The notes under the pieces were generated by a model. It was given only the letters and a program-made list of their open reading frames with translations, did not search any database and was not told where the DNA came from. From Promethearchaeota archaeon (lineage in GTDB: Archaea; Asgardarchaeota; Thorarchaeia; Thorarchaeales; Thorarchaeaceae), in contig WJMJ01000131.1 in the NCBI GenBank assembly GCA_014728035.1, positions 117,381-181,380 of the forward strand: 64,000 nucleotides of DNA, given 5' to 3'. The position numbers and the translations under genes were made by a program. How positions within the stretch are numbered: position 1 is the first letter of the stretch; every line of letters starts with the position of its first letter. Shown here in pieces: positions 49,663 to 59,849 of this stretch.

Positions 49663-50967
49663 ATGATACATATCAAGTTCATACGTGAACATCCCGACCT
49701 TATTAGAAAAGATCTCAAGAAGAGAAGAGATCTTGACAAAATCAAAGATTTCGAGCGTCTACTTGAACTAGATGAGAAAGTAAGAGCTCTAAACAGAGAG
49801 ATTCAAGACCTGAGAACCCAAAGGAACAGTCTCTCGAGAGAAGTAGGAAAAATCAAAAAATCGGGAGGAGATGCATCATCTATAATCGAAAGGGTCAACC
49901 AAGTAAACGATGATATTAAACAGACTGAAGACCATGCTGAAATATTGGAAAATGAACTTATAGGTATACAAATGCGGATTCCTAACATCCTTCATGAAAG
50001 CGTTCCATATGGAGACGATGAGGAAGACAACGTGGTTGTTAGAAAATGGGGAGGGCAACCCACCTTCGATTTTGATATTCAAAGCCATGTTGACCTCTTG
50101 GAACCGCTTGATATTGCAGATATTCCTCGTGCAGCCAGAATTGCAGGCTCAAGATTCTACTATCTCAAAAATGAGCTTGTGTTAATTGACTTAGCAATGC
50201 AACAAATGGCACTTCATATGCTTGTAAAGAAGGGATACACACCAATCTATCCACCATTCATGATGAGAAGAGAACCATACGAAGGAGTCACAGATCTAGC
50301 AGATTTTGGAGATGTGATGTATAAAATTGAGGGCGAGGACCTCTATCTCATTGCTACTGCAGAACATCCGATGGCGGCTATGTATATGGGAGAAATATTT
50401 GAACCTACTGAACTGCCAATTAAACTTGTAGGGGTCAGTGCGTGTTTCAGAAAAGAAGCAGGAAGCCATGGGAAGGACACAAAGGGCATATTCCGAGTAC
50501 ACCAATTCAGTAAGGTAGAACAATTTGTGTTCAGTCATCCTGATGAATCATGGAAAATTCATGAAGAATTATTGAAGAATGAAGAGGAATTCTTCCAAGC
50601 ACTAAAAATACCGTATCGAATTGTAAATGTTTGTACTGGAGATATTGGAATTGTCGCTGCTAAAAAATATGATTTAGAGGCATGGTTCCCAGGACAAGAG
50701 AGGTATCGAGAAGTAGGCTCATGTAGCAACTGTACATCGTATCAAGCAGTCAGACTTGGAATAAAATATCGAATTAAGAAAGGTGGCACGGAGAAAGATT
50801 ACCTACATACACTAAACAACACAATGATGGCAAACCCAAGAGCGATTGTGACAATACTGGAAAATTATCAGAGGGAAGATGGATCAATAAAAATTCCCAA
50901 AGCACTCCAAAAATATTTACCAGCAGGAATGAAAGAGATAGTGCCAAAAGAAAAGGAGCAAGAATAA
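49663..50967 (+). CDS. serS: Serine--tRNA ligase
   Basis: N-terminal coiled coil, LIATAEHP, CFRKEAG, GIFRVHQFSKVEQF, SCSNCTSYQ, HTLN. Start at Met 49663, after GGTGA. Confidence 0.97.
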   Translation: MIHIKFIREHPDLIRKDLKKRRDLDKIKDFERLLELDEKVRALNREIQDLRTQRNSLSREVGKIKKSGGDASSIIERVNQVNDDIKQTEDHAEILENELIGIQMRIPNILHESVPYGDDEEDNVVVRKWGGQPTFDFDIQSHVDLLEPLDIADIPRAARIAGSRFYYLKNELVLIDLAMQQMALHMLVKKGYTPIYPPFMMRREPYEGVTDLADFGDVMYKIEGEDLYLIATAEHPMAAMYMGEIFEPTELPIKLVGVSACFRKEAGSHGKDTKGIFRVHQFSKVEQFVFSHPDESWKIHEELLKNEEEFFQALKIPYRIVNVCTGDIGIVAAKKYDLEAWFPGQERYREVGSCSNCTSYQAVRLGIKYRIKKGGTEKDYLHTLNNTMMANPRAIVTILENYQREDGSIKIPKALQKYLPAGMKEIVPKEKEQE

Positions 50968-50998
50968 ACTTACTCCATAAATTGTTGGATACACTTTA

Positions 50999-52225
50999 CT
51001 AGAGGCCCTGTTCCAAGGTCATCTTGATAGCTTCATCGATAGTGTTCTGAAGAGCTGGAGGTAAGTCTGGGGCTTGTAATTGAATGAAGCCTTGCACAAT
51101 TAGAGACGTTGCCTCATCTTCTTCAAGCCCGCGACTCATAAGATAGTTCAATTGATCAGCACCAACTTTGCCAACGGTTGCTTCGTGACTCAATTCAACA
51201 CCTTCTGCAGATGCATCAAGGATAGGAACAGCTACTATCTTTGCGGTATCACTTAAGAGAAGCCCATTACATTCAAGTCGAGCTTTAACGCCTTCAACAC
51301 GTCCTTGCAAGTCACCGCGTGCAATAATTTCAGAGTTCTCAGTAGCTATGGTGCGAGATATTACCTTGCCGCTAGTACCATTAGCTTCAAGGACAAGAGA
51401 ACCACCAATATCATAGACGGAATCTTTTGTTCCATAAACAACTGAATATAGTTCTGCACGAGCATTTCTCCCAATCAGTCTAACCTTTGGATAAGATTGG
51501 ATGGATTTGATAGGGCTCAATACGGCATAGCTAGAAACAAAGACTCCATTTTCCTCAACTATCGCAGCAGATCTAGGGCGAACATCAACGGCTTCATTCC
51601 ACTTGTGAACCATTGTGAAGGTCATCCGTGCATCCTTTTTCACATAGAATTCAGAAACTCCGAGATGCAATGAGCGTTCCACCGATGAAGGGGTAGCACA
51701 GCCTGTGACAATGTGTAGCTCTGACCCTTCTTCTGCTATGAGAATATTATGAACGTTCTGAGCAAATTGTTTCTTCTTCATTACTAGACATGTCTGAACC
51801 GGCATCTGGATTTTCTTTCCAGGTAAAGCACGAATAAAGTAACCATCGTATTCTTCGAGCTCACTTCGAGCAGTATACTTGTCCGTATCTACTGATACTG
51901 CATTCCATAAGTATTCTGATAACCAGTCATATCTTTCAAGTGCCTCGGAAATGGGAAGTACTTCAAGTCCCTCTTGAGTCATCAAGACATCTGCTAGGAT
52001 GCTTTCATTATCAAATTGGGCAAACGAGCCAGAAACATCTTTTTGATCTGGGTCAAATCCAACTTCTGCAACCAAATCTCTATCTTCTTTAGAAATCTGG
52101 TCGGATTTAATGGATTGAGCTGAACCGCCATATTGAAAACCATCCAGATCAATATCAGAGCCATACTTAGCTTTTCGGTCTATTGCACTTTTTGCCTTCT
52201 CTTTTTGTTCTGTAGATGTCATCAT
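50999..52225 (-). CDS. sufB: Fe-S cluster assembly scaffold SufB/SufD-like
   Basis: QNVHNILIAEEGSEL, ELSHEATVGK, YLMSRGL. Confidence 0.92.
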   Translation of the reverse strand: MMTSTEQKEKAKSAIDRKAKYGSDIDLDGFQYGGSAQSIKSDQISKEDRDLVAEVGFDPDQKDVSGSFAQFDNESILADVLMTQEGLEVLPISEALERYDWLSEYLWNAVSVDTDKYTARSELEEYDGYFIRALPGKKIQMPVQTCLVMKKKQFAQNVHNILIAEEGSELHIVTGCATPSSVERSLHLGVSEFYVKKDARMTFTMVHKWNEAVDVRPRSAAIVEENGVFVSSYAVLSPIKSIQSYPKVRLIGRNARAELYSVVYGTKDSVYDIGGSLVLEANGTSGKVISRTIATENSEIIARGDLQGRVEGVKARLECNGLLLSDTAKIVAVPILDASAEGVELSHEATVGKVGADQLNYLMSRGLEEDEATSLIVQGFIQLQAPDLPPALQNTIDEAIKMTLEQGL

Positions 52226-52998
52226 TATACCTCCAAGGAAACTTCAGAAAGAAATCTCTCATAGCCTTTCTCAGCTAATACGGGAATGTCACTCATATCA
52301 CCAGTATACACCAGTTTCCCTTGTTGTAGAATATAGACAGTATCAACTTCTAGAAACTCGAGGATGTATCTATGATGACTAATAACAACCATAGTGGTAT
52401 TTCCTTTCTCACGTATTGCTTTCAATTCACGTCCGACAAGTTTCAGAGAATCGTAATCCAATCCACTATCAGGTTCATCAAGAAACATGATTTGGGGATG
52501 CATAGATAATACCTGAAATAACTCAGATCGTTTCTGTTCGCCACCTGAAAATCCATCGTTCAGATCTCTATGAGCGAGATTAGCAATGCCTAATCGATCG
52601 AAATCCTCATACAGCTCCATTCTACAGGAGCATGCTACGCCCATGAAATGATCACTAGGCTCTTTACATTCATACTCTGGGCAAATTCTACATATGAACT
52701 CATCAAGTTGGACTCCAGGAATCGAAGGTGGCGACTGAAAAGCGTATGCGATTCCCATTTGAGCTCTCTGTGTGATATTCTTATCAAGCAATGATTCGCT
52801 ATTGAATAGAATATCACCACCATCAATCTTGAACTCGGGAAGTCCCATTATTGCTTTTGCTAAAGTTGATTTTCCAGAGGCATTTGGCCCGAGAACAGCG
52901 TATACCTTCCCGCGTTCAAATTCTAACGTCACACCATCAAGAATTCGAGTTCCATTAATACTAACTCTAAGGTCATGTGTTTCAAGAAGCGGATTCAT
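52225..52998 (-). CDS. sufC: Fe-S cluster assembly ATPase SufC
   Basis: GPNASGKST, FSGGEQKRSE, DEPDSGLD; adjacent to sufB. Confidence 0.93.
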   Translation of the reverse strand: MNPLLETHDLRVSINGTRILDGVTLEFERGKVYAVLGPNASGKSTLAKAIMGLPEFKIDGGDILFNSESLLDKNITQRAQMGIAYAFQSPPSIPGVQLDEFICRICPEYECKEPSDHFMGVACSCRMELYEDFDRLGIANLAHRDLNDGFSGGEQKRSELFQVLSMHPQIMFLDEPDSGLDYDSLKLVGRELKAIREKGNTTMVVISHHRYILEFLEVDTVYILQQGKLVYTGDMSDIPVLAEKGYERFLSEVSLEV

Positions 52999-53091
52999 TC
53001 CATCATCCCCACAAGCTGTTAATTATTGTTAACTATAAAAGACTATGAATGGGGCAAATACTGTAATAGAATCAGGTGAAGATTTCAGTTA

Positions 53092-53562
53092 TCAGTTATC
53101 TTCAATCTGAGAGAGCAACTGGATTACCTTCTTTGATGACCAAGCAACATAGTCTTCGCAACGGTCTCGAACTGGTTCTTGTTTCAATCTCAGCTTTCCG
53201 GCAGGATTCAGTTCTCCTCGATCCATAGCTTTCAGATGCCTGCAATCGGTGGTTCCCCAAGATTCAACAAATTCCATAAGAAACTGATTGCCAACACTTC
53301 TTCCCAGACTTCTACGTTCTTTGAATGTTTTTGCGTCTTCTGTACCATCTGTGCCAAAAGCTAATCCAAGACAAATGATGGCACCACTTGCAGCCCCACA
53401 AATCTGACCACTTCCACATATACCTCCACCACATAAGGATGCAACTCTCATAGAAGAGGAATTGAATGCATCAATGGGATGGTCCTTGTTGACTCGTACA
53501 ACAACACTTTCAGCACAGTTCAGTGAGTTTCCATGCATTTTTTCCATGTAAATCCCAGTCAT
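53092..53562 (-). CDS. C-GCAxxG-C-C family redox protein
   Basis: NCAESV, GQICGAASG, DCRHL, RC. Confidence 0.88.
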   Translation of the reverse strand: MTGIYMEKMHGNSLNCAESVVVRVNKDHPIDAFNSSSMRVASLCGGGICGSGQICGAASGAIICLGLAFGTDGTEDAKTFKERRSLGRSVGNQFLMEFVESWGTTDCRHLKAMDRGELNPAGKLRLKQEPVRDRCEDYVAWSSKKVIQLLSQIEDN

Positions 53563-53625
53563 CCGACCATATCATAGACATGAAAAAGGTTCGGATTCAT
53601 TCATTAACTATTAGGAGTGTTCCAA

Positions 53626-54792
53626 ATGAATAACTCAGTTCCACTCATGACCGCAGCAATACGTGGAAAGCAAAACGAAGTTCAGGCAATTCTAGATAGA
53701 GGAGAGAATCCAAATCAGAGTGACGACTTTGGAAGAACTGCAATAATATATGCTGCATCTAAGAGTGAATTCGACATCATCAAGATATTAGTAGATGCAG
53801 GTGCAGATGTTAACAAACAAGATAAGGAGGGCTGGAATGCACTGATGGTGGCTACTAATGAGGGAGAAATAGACATTGTGAGATATCTTATAGAACAGGG
53901 GGCTGATGTAAATAGTAGAACCGTAGGAGGACAATCAGTTCTTCAACTTGCTGTTGCAACAGGAAAACAGGAAATCACCAAACTATTAATCGAGTGTGGA
54001 TCAAATCCTGGATATGTTAGACCAGATGGATATACGGTACTAATGGCTGCAGTGCAAGGAGAGGATATTCAAATTATACAAGGATTGCTGACAGACTACA
54101 AGCTGGATATTAATCGTGAACAACCAGATGGTTGGAATGCATTACGATATGCAGTAGATACGGGAAATACAGCTATAGTGAAGACACTTTTGGAACACGG
54201 CGCAGACCCCAATTGGTCGAATAAAAATGGTTACTCCCTACTGGTAATAGCAATAGAGAATGGCTTGCCAGAAATAGCTCATTTGATTATCAAACATGGA
54301 GCTCAAATCAATACAAGATTTGGTTCCGGTTGGACCGCCCTCACTCTAGCATCTCAAAAAGGACAAGCGGATATTGTCACCAAGCTCATTGAGAATGGAG
54401 CAGATATCGATATCCAGTTAGATTCGGGACAGTCAACATTGATGACAGCAGCCTCAAGTGGAAAACAACAAATTGTAGATATTCTAATTGAGAGAGGTGC
54501 AAATATTCATCTCACAAGAAAGGATGGATATACCAATCTCATGGCAGCTGCAGAGGGAGGGCTAACCGATTTCGCACAATATCTAGTTGAGGAAAATATA
54601 GAGATAGATGAACAGACAGAATCCGGAGCAACAGCATTAATGATAGCTGCTCAAAGAGGGAATGTAGATTTTGTCAAACTTCTTCTTGACAATGGTGCAA
54701 GCCCCAGTATTCAAGACAACTTTGGGAAAGTGGCAAAAGACTACGCCAAGATGAACAAACATGAAAATATTGCGACTATGCTTAGCTCCTAG
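53626..54792 (+). CDS. Ankyrin repeat protein (~11 repeats)
   Basis: Repeated GxTALMxAAxxG...LIExGADVN units. Confidence 0.95.
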   Translation: MNNSVPLMTAAIRGKQNEVQAILDRGENPNQSDDFGRTAIIYAASKSEFDIIKILVDAGADVNKQDKEGWNALMVATNEGEIDIVRYLIEQGADVNSRTVGGQSVLQLAVATGKQEITKLLIECGSNPGYVRPDGYTVLMAAVQGEDIQIIQGLLTDYKLDINREQPDGWNALRYAVDTGNTAIVKTLLEHGADPNWSNKNGYSLLVIAIENGLPEIAHLIIKHGAQINTRFGSGWTALTLASQKGQADIVTKLIENGADIDIQLDSGQSTLMTAASSGKQQIVDILIERGANIHLTRKDGYTNLMAAAEGGLTDFAQYLVEENIEIDEQTESGATALMIAAQRGNVDFVKLLLDNGASPSIQDNFGKVAKDYAKMNKHENIATMLSS

Positions 54793-54844
54793 TATCATCA
54801 CGCTTAAAACGGTCTATATCCGAAAACTCAATGGGTTATAGTCA

Positions 54845-55315
54845 TTGACAGAAGTCCAGCAATCATTTGAGAGGTTAATCTCCCTGGCAATAGAGAGGGA
54901 GGTAGAAGCTTATGAATTCTACACAAAGGCTGCAGAGGAAGCAACTCTTTCTTCATCAGCGAAACTGCTCAAGGAGCTTGCAGAACAAGAAGTATCTCAC
55001 AAGGAAAAGCTTGAGAACGCTCTAAAAGAGGGCGTGTGTGGTACTTTCGAATGCAAGACAGAAGCAGAATTTGAGAAATTAGACTTGGGAAAATACTTAG
55101 TGGATGTACCATTAAAACCAGATTCATCACCTCAAGATATCCTTGTGGTAGCAATTAAGAGGGAAGAAGGAGCGTATGATTTCTACAAATCACTATCAGA
55201 ACTGACCAGTGTGTCAGCACATAGAACGGTTTTTGAAACATTAGCTGAAGAAGAGCAAAAACACAAAGAACGTCTGCAGCAGATGTACGACGAGGTTTTC
55301 TCACCAGACATGTAA
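54845..55315 (+). CDS. Rubrerythrin/ferritin-like diiron protein
   Basis: AIERE...FY...EQEVSH and AIKRE...FY...EEQKH. Confidence 0.9.
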   Translation: MTEVQQSFERLISLAIEREVEAYEFYTKAAEEATLSSSAKLLKELAEQEVSHKEKLENALKEGVCGTFECKTEAEFEKLDLGKYLVDVPLKPDSSPQDILVVAIKREEGAYDFYKSLSELTSVSAHRTVFETLAEEEQKHKERLQQMYDEVFSPDM

Positions 55316-55320
55316 TAATA

Positions 55321-55341
55321 GTAAGGGCCGTTGGCCCTTAC
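55321..55341. terminator. Hairpin between convergent genes
   Basis: GTAAGGGCC-GTT-GGCCCTTAC. Confidence 0.6.
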
Positions 55342-55355
55342 TTTAACAATAAACA

Positions 55356-56633
55356 CTAATTCTTATGCAGTTTTGGAGCCGCAATGAAAGTCAAACCTTT
55401 CTTAGTTAGCTCTTCAGCTGTTCGGTTCAAAGCATGATGCTTGTCCAGATAATTTCTAAGCATCTTTGGCATATCTCCCGATTCGATAATTTCACTCTTA
55501 TCGCGGAAATAATCAAGGATATCACTGGGGTGATCACGAGTGACATCAATCTCAGGAATTCCTCCCTCATGTTTCGCACTTATATTCTTGACATGATCAG
55601 CTAATTCAACTAATTCTTCAGTACGGTCGTAGGGTTGACGTACAATAGATTTGTAGGTTTCAGTAATGTGATGTTCTAAGCGAACCACATCTTCAAACCC
55701 AAAATCGTCCCGAATGAAAGCTGCGAGTTCTATGGTGGATTTATCCACACTGTTTGATAGATTGAATCCAATAAGGGGAGTCGTACCATCAGGCCGACTA
55801 AATAATTTCGCGGTCAATAATGTCCAAAGACAAGCATATGGATTATCATTGCCCATGAATACAGAAATTTTGAACTCCAAATCAATACCTAATTTATACA
55901 GTATATAACCAACAAGAACACTTCCAGGATTGATGTTTAGAACTTGCTTTACCCCATAAGTTGTATAATAATGCAGAAATTCATCAGCCCATTTTAATAC
56001 ATAATCATTGGGCATGCCAACTCCACCAAAGTATCCAGTAATTGTTTCTGGTCCACCAAGATGAATATTTACAGGAGCTCCATCTGGGCCAGGTGCAGTC
56101 CCCTTGGTATCAAGAGTTTCAACGTAGGATGAACCTAAGATTTGCATTGCAGCAGCAAAAGCCACAATATCGTCATCTTGTGTCTGTTCCTTCATTTTTC
56201 TAACGCGGATAAATCGCCCAGGCATAAGTTCTTCCTTGTCAATTGCCTGCTTTGCCTGTTCAATAAGCCAAGGAAAATACTGACACGCACTTATCTCAAG
56301 AGTTACTGCAAAACTATCATCGAAGCTCATTGATTCTGCCTTATCACCCAAAACCTTCTGACGGAAATCTGAAATGCTAATGAAAGCACCTTTATCACGC
56401 TGTTCTTGAAGCCATTTCAAGTCAGCCAAGTAAGGAGATTTCTTCTTCTCCAAAACAGCAAGTAGGTGTTCCAACCTGCGAGCTTCTGCAGCTTTCTTAT
56501 TGATTTCTTCTACCCCTCCGTATTTTTCAATTATCTTCAGTAATTCGGTAATCAGAGGGTTATCCTCATTCAGGAGAAAATCGTTTATTGCTTCGAGTTG
56601 TGTAGCATCGATTCTTAGCTTTTCTCTGTCCAT
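55356..56633 (-). CDS. Conserved hypothetical protein (possible alpha/beta enzyme)
   Basis: Long ORF with conserved-looking motifs (LEISACQYFPW, ETLDTKG, HLGGPETITGYFGG, SAKHEGG); function not recognised. Confidence 0.8.
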   Translation of the reverse strand: MDREKLRIDATQLEAINDFLLNEDNPLITELLKIIEKYGGVEEINKKAAEARRLEHLLAVLEKKKSPYLADLKWLQEQRDKGAFISISDFRQKVLGDKAESMSFDDSFAVTLEISACQYFPWLIEQAKQAIDKEELMPGRFIRVRKMKEQTQDDDIVAFAAAMQILGSSYVETLDTKGTAPGPDGAPVNIHLGGPETITGYFGGVGMPNDYVLKWADEFLHYYTTYGVKQVLNINPGSVLVGYILYKLGIDLEFKISVFMGNDNPYACLWTLLTAKLFSRPDGTTPLIGFNLSNSVDKSTIELAAFIRDDFGFEDVVRLEHHITETYKSIVRQPYDRTEELVELADHVKNISAKHEGGIPEIDVTRDHPSDILDYFRDKSEIIESGDMPKMLRNYLDKHHALNRTAEELTKKGLTFIAAPKLHKN

Positions 56634-56795
56634 TTCAAGACCATCCAATATGTTCGACTATTGATAATAAGCCAAGATAGCCCAATACTTGATTATTAAA
56701 AAACGATTCTGAAAGAACATTAAACATGTAATTGGTATAAAAATTAAATTGTTGAAAGTGAAACTGAGCATTACTGAAATACGTTCGCAAATGAA

Positions 56796-57383
56796 TCATT
56801 CAGCTGTCTCGAATACTTGTAATTCTTTGAAAGAATCACCATCTCCAAATATTGGAGATATATCACGAAGATATGAGCGAAACTTTGGACCAACTAATCC
56901 TACAAAAATTCCACCAACAGTCACTTGAATCCAATTGATACCAAGAAGTTCTTCCCAGGCTGCAATTTCACCAAACATAATGCTCTCAAAGAAAAAATAT
57001 CCCGCCAACATAGCTAAAGCACCAAGAACAATTCCAATAACATCCATGATACTAAGGTTATGAGACCTTCTCGCCTGTAGACTGAAGGCACCCACGATGA
57101 ACCCCTCCAGACCCTTGACAAGCAAGGTGATTGGAGCAAAAGGTATGAAGCCCAAAGCAACATCTGCCATCGCAGATCCAAATCCACCAGCTATTAGACC
57201 ACCTATTGGACCTAGAAGAAGACCACTGAGCATCACCATTGTATCCCCAATATTTAGATATCCAGAGGTTGTTGGAAAAGGAATTGCAACAACCGCAGTT
57301 ACAACAGTGGTAAGAGCTGTAAATAACGCCAATAAGACGATATACAATGTGGAATTTGTGGTGCTTGAGCTAATTTTTTCCAT
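56796..57383 (-). CDS. ECF transporter S component (PdxU/HmpT-like)
   Basis: IPFPTTSGYLNIGD...GLIAGGFGSAMAD...APITLLVKGLEG...NWIQ. Confidence 0.88.
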   Translation of the reverse strand: MEKISSSTTNSTLYIVLLALFTALTTVVTAVVAIPFPTTSGYLNIGDTMVMLSGLLLGPIGGLIAGGFGSAMADVALGFIPFAPITLLVKGLEGFIVGAFSLQARRSHNLSIMDVIGIVLGALAMLAGYFFFESIMFGEIAAWEELLGINWIQVTVGGIFVGLVGPKFRSYLRDISPIFGDGDSFKELQVFETAE

Positions 57384-57443
57384 ATGAATTACTCACCGAG
57401 TTTAAACAAGTCATGCCTCTAAACCGCAATATATAACTTTGGG

Positions 57444-57455
57444 CCTATATATAGG
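57444..57455. promoter_or_regulatory. Perfect 12-bp palindrome in the divergent promoter
   Basis: CCTATATATAGG within the 80-bp intergenic region. Confidence 0.45.
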
Positions 57456-57463
57456 TCATAATA

Positions 57464-58960
57464 ATGACCTCTTTCATAAAAGAAATGTTCTGCACCGAAT
57501 GTGAAAACAGGTACTCTGAAAAAACACAGCGAAAAATTTGCAATATCTGTAAAGAAGTATTGGAAGTCAGATACAATTACGAAGCAGCAAAAGAATCCAT
57601 GACGAAAAGGACAATCAAAAAAAGACCAAGAGGTATTTGGAGGTATTTTGAGCTTTTACCACTAATAGACAGGAGAAATGTCATTTCTCTTGGAGAAGGA
57701 CAAACCTTTCTGCATCATTGCAATTCACTTTCTGAAAATCTAGGTATTCCCAATCTCTTATTGAAGAACGAAACAACCAATCCTACAGGCTCATTTTTAG
57801 ACAGAGGAAGTAGTGTTGAAATATCAATAGCCAAAGAAAGAAAACAATACAAGATCTGTTGTGGTTCAACAGGGAATCTTGCTGCTTCTGTTGTTGCTTA
57901 TGCTGCTAAAGCGTCAGTTAGTTCAAAGGTATACATGGCACAGAAGGGGCGTATTGATATTGGAAAGTTCTATCAAATATTGGCATATGGTGCTGATGTT
58001 GAGATTGTAAAGACCAGAAAAGAAGCTATCTCGCTTGCATCACAAAAAGAGCCGATTTGTCATTCAATAACCTCATACAATCCACATTTCTTGGAAGGGA
58101 CGAAAACACTTGTCTTTGATCTTTGTGAACAACTAGACTGGAAAACGCCAGATTGGATAATTACTCCAATGGGAAGTGGTGGAAATATTTCAATGATCTG
58201 GAAAGGAATACTTGAACTTCAAGAAATGGGATTAATTGGATCAGAAACACCTAAACTAATTGGGACACAGGTGGAAGGTATTTCTCCAATAGTGGACGCA
58301 TTCAAAAACGGTCAAAAAACGGTAAGACCCTCTAGTGGAAAACCCAATCTTGCAATGGATATTGGAGTTGCAGAACCGGTATGTGGAAATAAGGCATTAG
58401 AGGCAATTAGAAAATCAAAAGGACTGGCAATTGATTTGACAGATAAAGAAATCATACAAAGTGTTAGAGACCTTGCCAGAAAAGAGGGAATATTTGCAGA
58501 ACCTGCATCAGCCACAACAATTGCTGCACTAAGAAATCTAGTAGCAGAACAAGTAATCAACCCAAATGATGTAGTGGTGTGTATGATAACAGGTACGGGG
58601 CTGAAATCACCAGAGATAGCTGAATCTTTTGTGCAAGGACGTAAAGATATTGGACATCTTCTAAGTAAATTTGAAGGACGAAAGTATACTACAGAGATTG
58701 GACGAACAAAAGTCTGTATTCTCAGATTACTTTCTCTAACAGATTCATACGGGTATGCTATTTGGAAAAACCTGTCAGAATCATATGGAATACAGATTTC
58801 AATCCCAAGTGTCTATCAGCATCTTACTGAACTTTCAAGAGGTGGATTGATTGTAGAAATTAAAACAATACTATCCCCAGAAAAGAGAGTTAGAAAATTC
58901 TATGACTTGACCGAGAGGGGGAGATGGACACTTGCTCAAATTGAGAAGATATCTGAATAG
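57464..58960 (+). CDS. Threonine-synthase-fold protein (catalytic Lys->Leu) fused to a C-terminal PadR-type wHTH
   Basis: Zn ribbon; NPTGSFLDRG; STGN, PMGSGGN, TGTGLK; C-terminal SYGYAIWK...SVYQHLTEL...RKFYDLTERG. Confidence 0.88.
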   Translation: MTSFIKEMFCTECENRYSEKTQRKICNICKEVLEVRYNYEAAKESMTKRTIKKRPRGIWRYFELLPLIDRRNVISLGEGQTFLHHCNSLSENLGIPNLLLKNETTNPTGSFLDRGSSVEISIAKERKQYKICCGSTGNLAASVVAYAAKASVSSKVYMAQKGRIDIGKFYQILAYGADVEIVKTRKEAISLASQKEPICHSITSYNPHFLEGTKTLVFDLCEQLDWKTPDWIITPMGSGGNISMIWKGILELQEMGLIGSETPKLIGTQVEGISPIVDAFKNGQKTVRPSSGKPNLAMDIGVAEPVCGNKALEAIRKSKGLAIDLTDKEIIQSVRDLARKEGIFAEPASATTIAALRNLVAEQVINPNDVVVCMITGTGLKSPEIAESFVQGRKDIGHLLSKFEGRKYTTEIGRTKVCILRLLSLTDSYGYAIWKNLSESYGIQISIPSVYQHLTELSRGGLIVEIKTILSPEKRVRKFYDLTERGRWTLAQIEKISE

Positions 58961-59053
58961 ATTGAGATAAGCGAAGTGTTTTAACTGAGGGCGAGTAATG
59001 CCTAGTGGGCAATTTAGCTACATGCCCGATGTCGAAATATAGAGGAAAGAGAG

Positions 59054-59428
59054 ATGAGTTGGATTCAAACTGATGATTGGAAAAACGAAAAACATGTACC
59101 TGTAATTGAAATCGAGAAAAAAGGAGATAACTTGTATCATATCATTATCTCAGTAGGAAAGGAAATACCCCATCCTAACACAACGGCACACCATATCAAA
59201 TGGGCAGATGCATTCTTTTTGCCAGAAGGAGAGAAATTCCCTGTTGAGATAGGCTATTGTACCTTTGATCACCATGGCGAATCGACAAAAGGAGCGGATA
59301 CAAGCAAAATGTACTCTGAGCCTTATGCAGTATTTGCTTTCAAAACCGAAAAGCCAGGAACAATAATGGCCACTTCATATTGCAACATTCACGGCCTTTG
59401 GAAAAGCGAAACTAAACTCAAGTTATAG
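59054..59428 (+). CDS. sor: Superoxide reductase (neelaredoxin, class II)
   Basis: EKHVP, HPNTTAHHIKW, SYCNIHGLW. Confidence 0.95.
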   Translation: MSWIQTDDWKNEKHVPVIEIEKKGDNLYHIIISVGKEIPHPNTTAHHIKWADAFFLPEGEKFPVEIGYCTFDHHGESTKGADTSKMYSEPYAVFAFKTEKPGTIMATSYCNIHGLWKSETKLKL

Positions 59429-59441
59429 AAACAATACGAAA

Positions 59442-59478
59442 TCTGATCTGGTATTGCCAGATCAGACCTTATCTTTTT
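59442..59478. terminator. Hairpin plus T-tract between convergent genes
   Basis: TCTGATCTGG-TATTG-CCAGATCAGA, then tctttttg. Confidence 0.6.
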
Positions 59479-59487
59479 GAACTTACT

Positions 59488-59733
59488 CTAACTAGCTTGT
59501 TCTTGTAGATGAGCATCCCATATGGTGTCCCCATCAGTCAAACCAGTAGCAACTACCCGTTTGCCAAGAGAATGAGCAAAGCTACCAAGGTCGTAATCAC
59601 GAGCAACCGCTTCATGGGGCTTGATAGCTGCAAGTTCATATTGCATACCATCATCGGTTGTGATGACATAACGATTCATAATTTTTGAAACTAATCCAAC
59701 AATCTCAATTTCTTCCAGACCACTATTCAACAT
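59488..59733 (-). CDS. Small OB-fold-like hypothetical protein
   Basis: Beta-rich 81-aa ORF (IVGLV...YVITTDDG..YEL...GKRVVATG). Confidence 0.65.
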   Translation of the reverse strand: MLNSGLEEIEIVGLVSKIMNRYVITTDDGMQYELAAIKPHEAVARDYDLGSFAHSLGKRVVATGLTDGDTIWDAHLQEQAS

Positions 59734-59849
59734 GGGATGTCACTCTTCTTCAGAAGGTTCTTTCTCTCAATGGAAAGTGGTGGCTATCCAATATAACCTC
59801 ATTTGATGTATTATTTCTTATGACTGGTTTGTAAATTCGCGCGAATCGA

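Noticed and set aside
57464-58960. Annotation as a functional thrC
   Set aside because: The PLP-binding lysine is replaced by leucine and a DNA-binding domain is fused.
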